Shown: piece by piece, positions 9,435-19,268 of the stretch
How the letters are laid out: each line of letters opens with the position of its first letter
Position numbering within the stretch: the stretch's first letter is position 1
Source of the DNA: Candidatus Omnitrophota bacterium
Lineage (GTDB): Bacteria; Omnitrophota; Gorgyraeia; B26-G9
NCBI GenBank assembly: GCA_016213925.1
Contig: JACQZH010000041.1
Coordinates: 73,352-137,351 of the forward strand
Direction of reading: 5' to 3'
DNA: 64,000 nt
The notes under the pieces: model-generated
What the model was told of the DNA's origin: nothing
What the model saw: only the letters and a program-made list of their open reading frames with translations
The model's database searches: none
Position numbers and translations under genes: made by a program

Positions 9435-11084
9435 ATGCAAAAGATTATATTAGTTAACACTCCTCCATGGGGAACGGCAATGCCTCCATTAGGAGTGGCT
9501 TATTTAGCTACTTATTTAAAGTCAAAGGGAATAGATATTGATACTTTTGATTTGAACCTTGAATTATTTTTAAATTCCGGGGATAAGGAAAAAGTTTTTT
9601 GGGGGCTTGACGCAATAAATAAAATTCCGGTACAAACGATTGCAAATAATATATTTTCAAGTTTTATGCCGTATTTAGAAAAATTTTTTTCTTTTACGGC
9701 AAAATATGATCTTATCGGTTTTTCGGCAAATAATCTTATTAGCACGACTTTTGCCGGAATTCTGGCTGAACATATAAGAAAACGCTATCCTGAAAAAATA
9801 ATTATTCTTGGCGGGCCGGGATGTTTTCATAGTTGGGATAGGAGCGTAGTGCCACAGGGAAGCGTTGATTTTTTTGTTATAGGCGAAGGAGAAGAGACCT
9901 TGCATCAGCTTATTTGCGTTTTACGTTCCGGTATTGATAAAAATGGGGGTTCAGAACCTATTCCCGGAGTAATTGATAATAGAACAGGAAAAAAGCAGCG
10001 GTTTATTCCGCGAAGAGAGATTAGAGACATTAATAGTATCCCCCATCCGACATTTGAGGAATTTTCATTTACAAAGTACGAAAGTTTTCCTGGATATCAT
10101 CCTTTGCCTATGCTTATGAGCCGTGGCTGTATAAATGAGTGCAGTTTTTGTATTGACTGTTATATGAGTTCGCCGTTTCGTATGCGTGCTGCCGGCAATA
10201 TCGTTGAAGAAATAAAATATCATAAAAACCGTTATGGAATAACTCATGTGGAGTTTAATGACCTGCTTTGTAACGGCAACATATATCAATTGGAACAGTT
10301 TTGTGATTTGATGATCAGGGAATCTTTGGATATCCGCTGGATAAGTTATGCGGCAGTGCGCAAAAACATGAGTGAAGATTTACTTAAGAAGATGAGACAG
10401 GCTGGTTGTACTTCTTTATGCTACGGGCTTGAAAGCGGATCGGATAATGTGTTGAAAAAGATGAATAAACATTATGGCGCATCTGATGCGGCAGAACTGA
10501 TTAAAAAAACAGCAGCGGCGGGAATAGAAGTTAGAATTAATATTATAGTTGGTTTTCCCGGGGAAACTGAACGGGATTTTGCCCAGACACTTACTTTTAT
10601 CAGGGAAAATAAAGATTATATCAGGCAGGTGACCAATGTTTCTTCTTTTGTTTTAATGCCGTCAGCTCAGTTGGCAATTACTCCGCATCGTTATGGGATT
10701 AGTTATTTAGATTCGGATGATTTAGGCAAGTGGACAGACGATAACCGGCTAACGCAGGATGAACGCAATAACCGCGTAAAAAAAACATGCCGGTTACTAG
10801 CCGAATTGCAAATAGATAACCTTATTATTAATTTACAGGAACCTGTCTGCAAGGATGGTGATCGTGGCGTTTTGCACGCGGCAGGTGAAAAAAATAATAT
10901 TAGGGAAGAAACAAAAGAGAATATTTGCGCTAAAGCAGTGTTTAAGGAAAAAAAATACCGGCGGGAAAATAAACTTTTTAAATTTTTAGTATTAGCAGGC
11001 TTATTGCTTTTTAGTGTTATTGCTGACCTGTATTTATTCATCATAAAAAAAATTAGAGGGTCAATAATTTTTCCTGGAAGCTGA
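9435..11084 (+). CDS. Cobalamin-dependent radical SAM protein with C-terminal TM helix
   Basis: PPLGVAYL, GGP, GEGEE, SRGCINECSFC, GLESGS, GFPGET; hydrophobic tail FLVLAGLLLFSVIADLYLFII. Confidence 0.93.
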   Translation: MQKIILVNTPPWGTAMPPLGVAYLATYLKSKGIDIDTFDLNLELFLNSGDKEKVFWGLDAINKIPVQTIANNIFSSFMPYLEKFFSFTAKYDLIGFSANNLISTTFAGILAEHIRKRYPEKIIILGGPGCFHSWDRSVVPQGSVDFFVIGEGEETLHQLICVLRSGIDKNGGSEPIPGVIDNRTGKKQRFIPRREIRDINSIPHPTFEEFSFTKYESFPGYHPLPMLMSRGCINECSFCIDCYMSSPFRMRAAGNIVEEIKYHKNRYGITHVEFNDLLCNGNIYQLEQFCDLMIRESLDIRWISYAAVRKNMSEDLLKKMRQAGCTSLCYGLESGSDNVLKKMNKHYGASDAAELIKKTAAAGIEVRINIIVGFPGETERDFAQTLTFIRENKDYIRQVTNVSSFVLMPSAQLAITPHRYGISYLDSDDLGKWTDDNRLTQDERNNRVKKTCRLLAELQIDNLIINLQEPVCKDGDRGVLHAAGEKNNIREETKENICAKAVFKEKKYRRENKLFKFLVLAGLLLFSVIADLYLFIIKKIRGSIIFPGS

Positions 11085-11140
11085 AACAGCGTTTAGAGAT
11101 TAGCGGGCAGCGATTAGATAAAAACAAAAAGGATGTAAAA

Positions 11141-12316
11141 GTGAAGATATTGATGGTTCATCCGCATGATTTATTTTCTAAAAAAGAGCCGTGGACAACA
11201 CGTATAAGAAATATCGCGCTTGAGTTTAAGAAAAAAGGGCATGATGTTAAAGTTGTTTATTTTCCTTTGGAGTATAAGGGGTTCGAGAAAAGGTTCTTTT
11301 TGAATGATATTGAGTTTATCCCTTTGAGCCGCCGAGTTGGAATAATGCCGTTAGCGCAAAATATCCGTTTTCTTTTTAAAGAATCAAAATGGGCAGATGT
11401 AATCCATTTTCAAAAATGTTTTTACTATGCGGCGTTGCCGGCGCTTATTGGCGCGTTTTGCAGTGAAAAACCAGTGCATTACGACTGGGATGACTGGGAA
11501 ATAAAAATATTTCATTATAGCGCGAAGCAGCCATGGCTTATCGGGATTTTTTTAGCAGCATTGGAACGCTGGATTCCTTGCCTTTGTGATACGGTTTCTG
11601 TCTCCAGCATTCGTTTGAGGGAAGAATGTCTGCGTTATGGAATATCAGCCGAATCTATTGTCATGGCTCCGGTTGGTGCGGACCTTGATTTATTTAATCC
11701 GGCGGTTTCCGGAGTGCGTATCAGGGAAAGATTTAATATTAAAGGCCAGTTAGTAAGCTATCTTGGGCAATTGCATGGGGGCCAGTATGTGGAACAATTT
11801 ATTAGGGCTGCAAAAATAATACTTAATAAAATGCCCCAAACAATATTTATGATTATTGGCGGGGGATACCAGCTTGATGCTTTAAAGAAAATGGCGGATA
11901 GCTTGCAATTGAGTGAAAAATTAATATTTACTGATGCTGTTCCCCATAGGGAAACTGCTCAATATATCGCTGCTGCTGACGTAACAGTTGCTTGCTTTGA
12001 AGATAATGATATAACCCGTTGCAAGAGCCCGCTTAAGATTGCTGAATATCTTGCCAGCGGTAAACCGATTGTAGCTAGTGATGTCGGAGAGGTTAAACGG
12101 ATGCTTGCCGGCGCAGGGATTGTAACAGCTCCGGCAGACCCTGAAGATTTGGCTGCTGGAATTATAAAAATTCTGGAAGATGAGCCGTTAAGAAAAAAGA
12201 TTGCTTTGCATGCGCGAAAAAGAGCAGAGGACATTTATAATTGGAAGAATACTGCGGATAATCTGCTTTTCGCATATCAAAAGGTGTTTCAGTATAAAAA
12301 AGGTAAAGAGGAATAA
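11141..12316 (+). CDS. Glycosyltransferase family 4 (GT-B)
   Basis: GTG start with GGATG RBS; KSPLKIAEYLASGKPIVASDVG motif. Confidence 0.93.
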   Translation: MKILMVHPHDLFSKKEPWTTRIRNIALEFKKKGHDVKVVYFPLEYKGFEKRFFLNDIEFIPLSRRVGIMPLAQNIRFLFKESKWADVIHFQKCFYYAALPALIGAFCSEKPVHYDWDDWEIKIFHYSAKQPWLIGIFLAALERWIPCLCDTVSVSSIRLREECLRYGISAESIVMAPVGADLDLFNPAVSGVRIRERFNIKGQLVSYLGQLHGGQYVEQFIRAAKIILNKMPQTIFMIIGGGYQLDALKKMADSLQLSEKLIFTDAVPHRETAQYIAAADVTVACFEDNDITRCKSPLKIAEYLASGKPIVASDVGEVKRMLAGAGIVTAPADPEDLAAGIIKILEDEPLRKKIALHARKRAEDIYNWKNTADNLLFAYQKVFQYKKGKEE

Positions 12317-12350
12317 TCGGTTTTTTAGTTTAAAGAAAAAAAGGAGTAAA

Positions 12351-13301
12351 ATGATGAGTAGTTTATCAGTAATATTACCGGTTTATAATGAAGAAAAAAA
12401 CTTACCGATTATATTTCAAAAGTTAAAAGAGGTATTGGAGCAATTAGAAATCGATTGGGAAGTAATTTTTGTTAATGACGGCAGTAATGATGCCAGCGGA
12501 AAAGAATTGGAAAAAATCCTGCAGGATGATAATAAGGTGAAAGTGGTTAATTTAGCGAGAAATTACGGCCAGACGCAAGCGCTGGCTGCCGGTATAGATA
12601 ACGCGAAAGGAGAAATAATTGTTACTATTGATGCTGATTTGCAAAATGACCCTCAAGATATCCCGCGGCTGATTAAAAAACTTGATGAGGGTTATGACCT
12701 GGTAAGCGGTTGGCGCTTTGATCGTCAGGATGACCTTTTGTTAAAAAAAATCCCTTCTTTTATTGCCAATAGAATAAGCAGGGCTATTACCAAGATTGAT
12801 TTGCACGATTTAGGATGTTCTCTTAAGGCATACCGCAGGGAGGTTTTTGATAGTATAGAGTTTCATGGAGAAATACACCGGTTTTTACCTATTTGGGCGA
12901 TGATTAACGGAGCAAAGATATCAGAGATAAAAGTTAAACATTATAAGCGTAAATTTGGCAAATCAAAGTATGGTTTATCCCGGGTGGTTAATGTAGTATT
13001 GGATATGTTTGTGCTGATATTTATGTGGAAATTCATAAATAAGCCGATTTATGTTTTTGGCGGCGCTGGAATTGCCTTGTTGGGCGGTTCGGGCATGGTT
13101 GGAGGGTTTATAATTATCAGGAAGTTATTTTTCAATGGGGTATGGGTTAGCCCGCTTTTATTTATATTTGTTATTCTTAGCACAATGGGAATTCAGTTTA
13201 TTCTTATGGGGATTTTGGCTGACCTTATTATCAGGCTTTACTATGGGGCTAAGGCAAAAAAAAGATACTGTATTAAAACAGTTTTGAAAAAAAAAGATTA
13301 G
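12351..13301 (+). CDS. GT2 polyprenol-phosphate glycosyltransferase (ArnC/GtrB/DPM-like)
   Basis: AAGGAG RBS before ATG 12351; PVYNEE, NDGSND, RNYGQT, DADLQNDP; two C-terminal TM helices. Confidence 0.93.
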   Translation: MMSSLSVILPVYNEEKNLPIIFQKLKEVLEQLEIDWEVIFVNDGSNDASGKELEKILQDDNKVKVVNLARNYGQTQALAAGIDNAKGEIIVTIDADLQNDPQDIPRLIKKLDEGYDLVSGWRFDRQDDLLLKKIPSFIANRISRAITKIDLHDLGCSLKAYRREVFDSIEFHGEIHRFLPIWAMINGAKISEIKVKHYKRKFGKSKYGLSRVVNVVLDMFVLIFMWKFINKPIYVFGGAGIALLGGSGMVGGFIIIRKLFFNGVWVSPLLFIFVILSTMGIQFILMGILADLIIRLYYGAKAKKRYCIKTVLKKKD

Positions 13302-13493
13302 AATTGAATATTAATTAAATGTTAATAAATGATAAAAGTGCTATTGAATTATCGCAGTAATCGGTAAGTGTGATTATTTTAAGCAATTTTAATCTGTCTG
13401 TGCCGAAGTTTCAGCGGACGAGTTTTTCTGAATTGCCTATAGGCTTGTGGTGGAAAAAGTTCTACTATTCGAATTATTTGATTGAGGGTTGAA

Positions 13494-15182
13494 ATGAATA
13501 TATTAGGGATTTGCGACAGTCAGGATGCAGGCGCAGTATTGTTTGATACTGTTAATAATAGTTTTACTGCAGTGAACGAAGAAAGGCTTTGCCGGATAAA
13601 ACTTAAAGGCGGATTTCCTAAAGAATCAATTAGGGAAGTTCTTAAGTTAAAGAATCTAGAGGCCTCTGATATCGACGTAGTTGCGATAGCTTCTTATATG
13701 ACGCCGTCTTGTGTTTTTAGAGCAATTCCGGAAATTCATGAGAATCTTAGAAAAGGGAGAAAACAGTTTAGTCTCTTATTATCAATATATATCTTATACC
13801 AAGTTTTTGCGCACAAGACGAAAATTGCCGAATATTTGGAATCCTGGTTGTCAAAAATTATCATCAGATGGAAATTGAAAAAGATCGGGATAAAATCAAA
13901 GGTTGTTATTATCGAGCATCATAGCGCGCATGCGTATGCCGCGTATGCTACTTCAGGAACAAATAAAGCTCTAATTTTCACAATTGACGGGTTAGGTGAT
14001 GGGGTAGCTTTCACGGTTAATATCGGCGAAGGCGGAAAAGTTAAACGAATATATGAGCAGAGCGCTTTTTGTGGTATTACATTATATTATTCCAGATTAA
14101 CAGAATTTTTGGGATTCTTGCCTATTCAGGATGAGGGGAAAGTGATGGGTTTGGCTGGTTACAGCAGCGAATATCCTGTTTTAGCGCAAGCACGAAAGCT
14201 GCTTGGAATTACGGCAAAAGGGTTTAAATATAGAAATATATTTTTTAATTTTTCAAAGGATAAGAAGGTTTTTAACGGGCTTAAGAACAGGAAGAAAGAA
14301 GAAATCGCTGCTTCGTTCCAATTTTATCTTGAGCAGAAATTAGGCGAGATAGTGCGATATTGGGCGAGAAAGACGCAAATTTATGATGTAGTGCTTGGCG
14401 GCGGATTTTTCGCGAATATTAAAGTAAATCAAAAAATAGCTGAATTAGAAGAGGTTAAGAGTGTGTATGTGTATCCGCATATGGGAGACGGAGGGCTGGC
14501 GTTAGGTGCTGCGTGCGCTTTAAAAAAAATAAAGCCGTTTTTTTTAAAAAGTATTTTTTGGGGCCCGTCTTTTACAAATGAATATATCGGCAGTCTTTTG
14601 AAAAAATCCGCTTTTAAATACGAGTTTATAGAAGATATCGAAGCTCATACTGCTCTACTTTTGAGCAGAGGCTATATTGTTGGACGTTTATGCGGGGCTA
14701 TGGAGTATGGCCCCCGTGCTTTGGGGAACCGTTCGATTCTTTGTCAGGCGACAAATACTAAAATTCATGGATTACTTAATAATAAGCTTAAAAGAGATAC
14801 ATTCATGCCGTTTGCTCCGGCAATATTAGCTGAATTCGCACCGCTTTGCTGCGAAGGCGCAGAGAAAGCGGAATATTCTGCGAAGTTTATGAATATGAGC
14901 TTTAAATGCACGGAGTATTTTAAAAAAATTTGCCCCGCGGCTATTCATGTAGATGGGACAACTCGGCCGCAGTTTGTTTGTGAGGATAGCGGCAGTTTTT
15001 ACAAAATTCTTAGCGAATATAAAAAAATAACCGGCATTCCGGCATTAATTAATACTAGTTTTAATATCCATGAAGAACCGATTGTTTGCCGGCCTGAAGA
15101 GGCAATAAAAACATTTATCGAAGGTAATTTGGATTATCTGGTGTTAGAAAATTTTTTAATAAAAGGAGGAAATAATGAATAA
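13494..15182 (+). CDS. Carbamoyltransferase (NodU/CmcH family)
   Basis: EERLCRIK, HHSAHA, DGLGD, EGKVMGLA, GPRALGNRS, HVDGTTRPQ, NTSFNIHEEP. Confidence 0.95.
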   Translation: MNILGICDSQDAGAVLFDTVNNSFTAVNEERLCRIKLKGGFPKESIREVLKLKNLEASDIDVVAIASYMTPSCVFRAIPEIHENLRKGRKQFSLLLSIYILYQVFAHKTKIAEYLESWLSKIIIRWKLKKIGIKSKVVIIEHHSAHAYAAYATSGTNKALIFTIDGLGDGVAFTVNIGEGGKVKRIYEQSAFCGITLYYSRLTEFLGFLPIQDEGKVMGLAGYSSEYPVLAQARKLLGITAKGFKYRNIFFNFSKDKKVFNGLKNRKKEEIAASFQFYLEQKLGEIVRYWARKTQIYDVVLGGGFFANIKVNQKIAELEEVKSVYVYPHMGDGGLALGAACALKKIKPFFLKSIFWGPSFTNEYIGSLLKKSAFKYEFIEDIEAHTALLLSRGYIVGRLCGAMEYGPRALGNRSILCQATNTKIHGLLNNKLKRDTFMPFAPAILAEFAPLCCEGAEKAEYSAKFMNMSFKCTEYFKKICPAAIHVDGTTRPQFVCEDSGSFYKILSEYKKITGIPALINTSFNIHEEPIVCRPEEAIKTFIEGNLDYLVLENFLIKGGNNE

Positions 15183-15957
15183 AGAGCAAAAGCAAAGAAA
15201 ACGTAATTTTTTAGAATGGCTTTTTGAAGAGGTGGATGAAGATGAAAAAGATTCGGATAAAGAAGGTGAATATGAAATAGAGATATCTCTAGGGCAGATT
15301 ATCGCAATAATTGTTATTACTTTGCTCTTTGTTTTCTGGATTATTTTTAGTTACACGAAGAATCCTGGAGTTGGATGGGGAAAGATTTCATTTAGCCCTC
15401 AAGGGTATATAGAGCAAAAGATTGAAAAAAATTATTTTCAAGATGAGACGTGTTTAATAAACAGCAATTTTAGCGATGGATTAAAACACTGGGCTACTTC
15501 GGACGGAGGCAGTGTGTTTCCTGACTCAAAGAGTAAGGCAATTCTTGAGAAAAAAGATTTTTATTCTGCTCCATACGCTTTGAAGATTAAAACTATTGCT
15601 CCTGCTAACCGGTATTTTTATATAAAAAAAGATAAATCAGATGTTATAAATAATCCTTATAACTATCTAGAAACTGACCATTGGCTGGGAATTCTGCCTG
15701 GGGTAAAAGTAAGGGGAAGTTTCTGGTATAAGGGAGATATCGTGATGCTTGCGCTAGAAGGACTAACTCATGACGGAAATTGGCAACAAATAAAGGCATT
15801 TACAGGCCCAAAAACAGATGTTTGGAGTAAATTGGAAATTAAAACAGAGATACCTGAAATATGCAGAGCTGTGGCATTGAGTATAACGATAAACCAAGCA
15901 AAGGACATGCCGCTGCCTGAAGTTTTGATAGATGATGTAGAGCTATTTATTGAATGA
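15175..15957 (+). CDS. Single-TM protein with extracytoplasmic carbohydrate-binding-like jelly-roll domain
   Basis: AAGGAGG RBS; acidic N-terminus, one TM helix, then an INSNFSDGLKHW...IDDVEL pattern typical of CBM4/9-like domains. Confidence 0.6.
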   Translation: MNKEQKQRKRNFLEWLFEEVDEDEKDSDKEGEYEIEISLGQIIAIIVITLLFVFWIIFSYTKNPGVGWGKISFSPQGYIEQKIEKNYFQDETCLINSNFSDGLKHWATSDGGSVFPDSKSKAILEKKDFYSAPYALKIKTIAPANRYFYIKKDKSDVINNPYNYLETDHWLGILPGVKVRGSFWYKGDIVMLALEGLTHDGNWQQIKAFTGPKTDVWSKLEIKTEIPEICRAVALSITINQAKDMPLPEVLIDDVELFIE

Positions 15958-15975
15958 AAAAGGTAAATAAGCATA

Positions 15976-17655
15976 ATGAAGTTAATAAGTAAAAAAAATA
16001 TTTTATTTTGGCTTTTATTTCTTTTGATATGTTTTCATTTTTTTAACAATATTGCTTGGCTGATCAAGGATCCTTTAGCGACAGGAAAAGACAGTTACGC
16101 GCATTTGACATCTTTTTTGAATTTTAAGCAGATTATCAGTGACGGGAAAACACACCCTTTTTATGACCAAAATAAAAGTTTGTTTTATAACCTGGTTTTT
16201 GGCGTGATTGATTATCCGCCGTTTTTTAATTTTTTTGTTTTTTTGCTGGATTTTCTTTTTGGGCATTTTTACGCAAATGCCGCAATATTTACTTCAACAC
16301 TTGCGTTTTTGATGCTGATTTTTTTGGTTTATAAAATCGGCGAAGTTATTGAGCCAAAAACGGGATTGCTGGCAGCGTTTATCTGTTCTTTTTATCCGAT
16401 GATGTATTATATTTCCCGGCATTTTAATATTGAAATGACTTTGGCTGCGGTAGTTTGTGCGGCAGTTTTATGCTTATTAAAAACTGAATTTTTTGAAAAA
16501 CGCGGTTTTTCAATAGGCTTAGGCGTGATGTTTGGAATAGGCATGCTTACAAAAGAAACATTTATTGTTTATTTGGTCGGGCCATTATGCGTTACTATAT
16601 ACTTTTCTTTTAATAAAGCAGAGCGTTTATTTTGGAAAAAAAGGAGTGTTAATTTATTGCTGGCTTTTTTATGCGCTTTTTTTATCAGCCTGATTTTTTA
16701 TTACAATAAAGGAGTATATGCTAATTTATTTAACAGGTCGCAATTCATAGGCGCAGTGAATAATAGCAATGTTTTTAGTTTTGAACAATTAATTTATTAT
16801 CCAAGTTCATTTAGATTTACTGTAGGAGTATTCTTATCCTGTGTTTTTTGTTATGCTTTAATATTTTTGTCTAAAATTGATAGGTATATTAGAGGTTGTT
16901 TATTATCCTGGATAATTTTTCCGATATTGTTTTTGTCTTTATTTGTCCTTAAATATGCAGAATATATGATTGCTCTTTTGCCAGCGTTAGCTTTGGTAAC
17001 GGCTTTCGGATTGCTGAAATTAAAGAATAAAAAAAATCGCGCTTTAGCAATAATCGGGATGATTATAATAAGCTTTTTGAATTATTATAATTACGGGCGT
17101 CCGAGGTTTTTTTATGATGTGCGCCATTGCGACGAATATAGCTTATACTCATTTGATGGAAAAAAAGACAAAAGTAAATTTGATTCTAACTTATTTGTGA
17201 TTATTGAAAGCCTGGGCAGGCAGGCTGGGACTGTAGGAGTTTTTTACAACCATAGGAATCAATCTTTTAATCATTTTTTTCTGAAAAGGTTATTTGCTTA
17301 TAGCGATAAGAAGGCAAAATTGGTTGATGCATTGCCTTATCCGGTTATTTTCTTTAAGAATCTTGATGTATTTGATAAGTTAATTTTTGTTTCTGATAGC
17401 GAAAAACCATGGTTGGATGAGCAAGGCATTTTAGAATATAAGCAGCAGGTCAATCGTTGTAATTACACAAAATTTAAGATAATAAGCGCAAAGCCAGGGA
17501 AATTGCCTTATGGCGATATTAATACCAGTTGTATTCCGGAAAAATTAGTCAAAAAATTATTTGATTTAAAAGAAAAATATCAATTAGAGCATGTTCTTGA
17601 ATTTCTTGATTTAGGAAAAAGCTGGTATGCTTATTTTTACCGGAGGATTTATTGA
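15976..17655 (+). CDS. GT-C membrane glycosyltransferase (ArnT/PMT_2-like)
   Basis: Many TM helices; D..AH, DYPPFF and GMLTKETF motifs. Confidence 0.85.
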   Translation: MKLISKKNILFWLLFLLICFHFFNNIAWLIKDPLATGKDSYAHLTSFLNFKQIISDGKTHPFYDQNKSLFYNLVFGVIDYPPFFNFFVFLLDFLFGHFYANAAIFTSTLAFLMLIFLVYKIGEVIEPKTGLLAAFICSFYPMMYYISRHFNIEMTLAAVVCAAVLCLLKTEFFEKRGFSIGLGVMFGIGMLTKETFIVYLVGPLCVTIYFSFNKAERLFWKKRSVNLLLAFLCAFFISLIFYYNKGVYANLFNRSQFIGAVNNSNVFSFEQLIYYPSSFRFTVGVFLSCVFCYALIFLSKIDRYIRGCLLSWIIFPILFLSLFVLKYAEYMIALLPALALVTAFGLLKLKNKKNRALAIIGMIIISFLNYYNYGRPRFFYDVRHCDEYSLYSFDGKKDKSKFDSNLFVIIESLGRQAGTVGVFYNHRNQSFNHFFLKRLFAYSDKKAKLVDALPYPVIFFKNLDVFDKLIFVSDSEKPWLDEQGILEYKQQVNRCNYTKFKIISAKPGKLPYGDINTSCIPEKLVKKLFDLKEKYQLEHVLEFLDLGKSWYAYFYRRIY

Positions 17656-18716
17656 TGTGGACTGGGTTTTGTTCGCAGTTGAATAATTTTTTTGTTTTTA
17701 GAGATTTGTTCTCTTTTAGTCAAATACTGCAGGGTGGAAGGGATTTTCCGCTTACAATAAATTTTTTAATTACTTGCCGCTGTAATTTGCAATGCAATTT
17801 TTGCACGGCAAAAGAAATGGATGATGGTTCGCAGGAACTTTCGACTGCGGAGATCAATCATTTTTTGGGAAAAATAAAAAAATATAAACCGGCTTTATTT
17901 TTAGGCGGAGGTGAACCGTTTATTCGCAACGATATTTTTGATATTCTTGCAGCCATTAGGGATAACGGCTTAAAATACGGAATTGTTACAAACGGTACGC
18001 TTTTGAATAAGGAAAAAATTGAGGTTTTAATGCGATTTGCTCCGGAAATTCTTATATTTTCTGTTTATGGCGATAAATATTTATGTAAATCTAATGGAGC
18101 TAATACGCAAGGGATTGAGAAAGTAGGAGGAACAGTAAAAGATATTTTAAAGAAAAGAAAGAAGACCAGAGTTATTCTTAATTCGGTTATTAATGAGAAT
18201 AATTATGATAAGCTTGAGCAAACTATCCTTTTGGCTAAAGATTGGGGTGTTGACCGTATGCGGTTTGAACATCTTATCTTTATGACTTTGCAAGAAAGAG
18301 CAATGCATAACAGTTTTTGTAAAAGCTTTCCCGCGGGAGATAGTTTTAAAATGACGACAAATATACAGGAAGCGCCAAAGGAAGATGTCGGCAGAAATTT
18401 GCAATGTTTGATTCCGCGGATTAAAAAAAAATACGGGCGTTTTGTTTTGTTTAAACCATATCTTATGGATAAAGAAATCGCCGGTTGGTATAAAAATGAT
18501 TTTAAATTTAGCAGAAAATGTTTTTTTATAAATCATTCGTTATTTATTAAACATAATGGTGATATTGTTCCCTGTCAGTTTTTTTTGAATTATGTACTTG
18601 GAAATGCTAAAAAGGATAATTTGGAAGTAATTTGGCGTTCTCGGAAGCAAAAAATATTTAGAGAAGTGCTTAAGAAAGGATTACTGCCCGGATGTAAGCG
18701 GTGCTGTAAATTATGA
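17652..18716 (+). CDS. Radical SAM/SPASM protein
   Basis: CNLQCNFC, GGGEPF, VTNG, C-terminal C...GDIVPC...CKRCC. Confidence 0.93.
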   Translation: MMWTGFCSQLNNFFVFRDLFSFSQILQGGRDFPLTINFLITCRCNLQCNFCTAKEMDDGSQELSTAEINHFLGKIKKYKPALFLGGGEPFIRNDIFDILAAIRDNGLKYGIVTNGTLLNKEKIEVLMRFAPEILIFSVYGDKYLCKSNGANTQGIEKVGGTVKDILKKRKKTRVILNSVINENNYDKLEQTILLAKDWGVDRMRFEHLIFMTLQERAMHNSFCKSFPAGDSFKMTTNIQEAPKEDVGRNLQCLIPRIKKKYGRFVLFKPYLMDKEIAGWYKNDFKFSRKCFFINHSLFIKHNGDIVPCQFFLNYVLGNAKKDNLEVIWRSRKQKIFREVLKKGLLPGCKRCCKL

Positions 18717-19261
18717 ATAATTTACTTAAAAAAAGTTATGAGCGGATTAGCAAAGTATTTTTGGAGAATATTAAGATTGGCGAAAATGCCAAAGTCCTTG
18801 ATATAGGCTGCGGATTAAAAGGAAATTTCATTAAAATACCGGGTGCTAATTATGTGGGCATCGATTTAAATAAATATATGATTGAGAATAACAGCTGTAA
18901 AGGTGACGGCTATTATATGGTTATGGATGCAAAACATATGGCTTTTAAGGATAACTCATTTGATTATATTATTTCCACCAGTTTTTTTCATCATTTTAAT
19001 GACGAGGAATGCGTAGCTATTTTAAGAGAGACAAACAGAATTCTCAAGAAAAAGGGAAAATTGATTGTTGCAGACGGAGTGTTCCCTTCCTCTTTATTTA
19101 ATTTTTTTGGCTGGGCTATCCGTATTTTTGACAGGGGCAGGTATGTGCGAAGTATTCAGGGGCTGCTAAAAATTTTTAATAAAACTTTTAGCATTATAAA
19201 AAAAGATTATTTTGCGGATAATATATTTACGTACGGGGTTTTTGTAATGGAGAAAGAATAA
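18713..19261 (+). CDS. Class I SAM-dependent methyltransferase
   Basis: VLDIGCG, MDA..MAFKDNSFD, FFHH, RILKKKG. Confidence 0.92.
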   Translation: MNNLLKKSYERISKVFLENIKIGENAKVLDIGCGLKGNFIKIPGANYVGIDLNKYMIENNSCKGDGYYMVMDAKHMAFKDNSFDYIISTSFFHHFNDEECVAILRETNRILKKKGKLIVADGVFPSSLFNFFGWAIRIFDRGRYVRSIQGLLKIFNKTFSIIKKDYFADNIFTYGVFVMEKE

Positions 19262-19268
19262 AGGTATT

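Noticed and set aside
11085-11140. GCGGGCAGCG resembling an ops/JUMPstart element
   Set aside because: It mismatches GGCGGTAG, lacks the JUMPstart stem, and no NusG paralog is visible.
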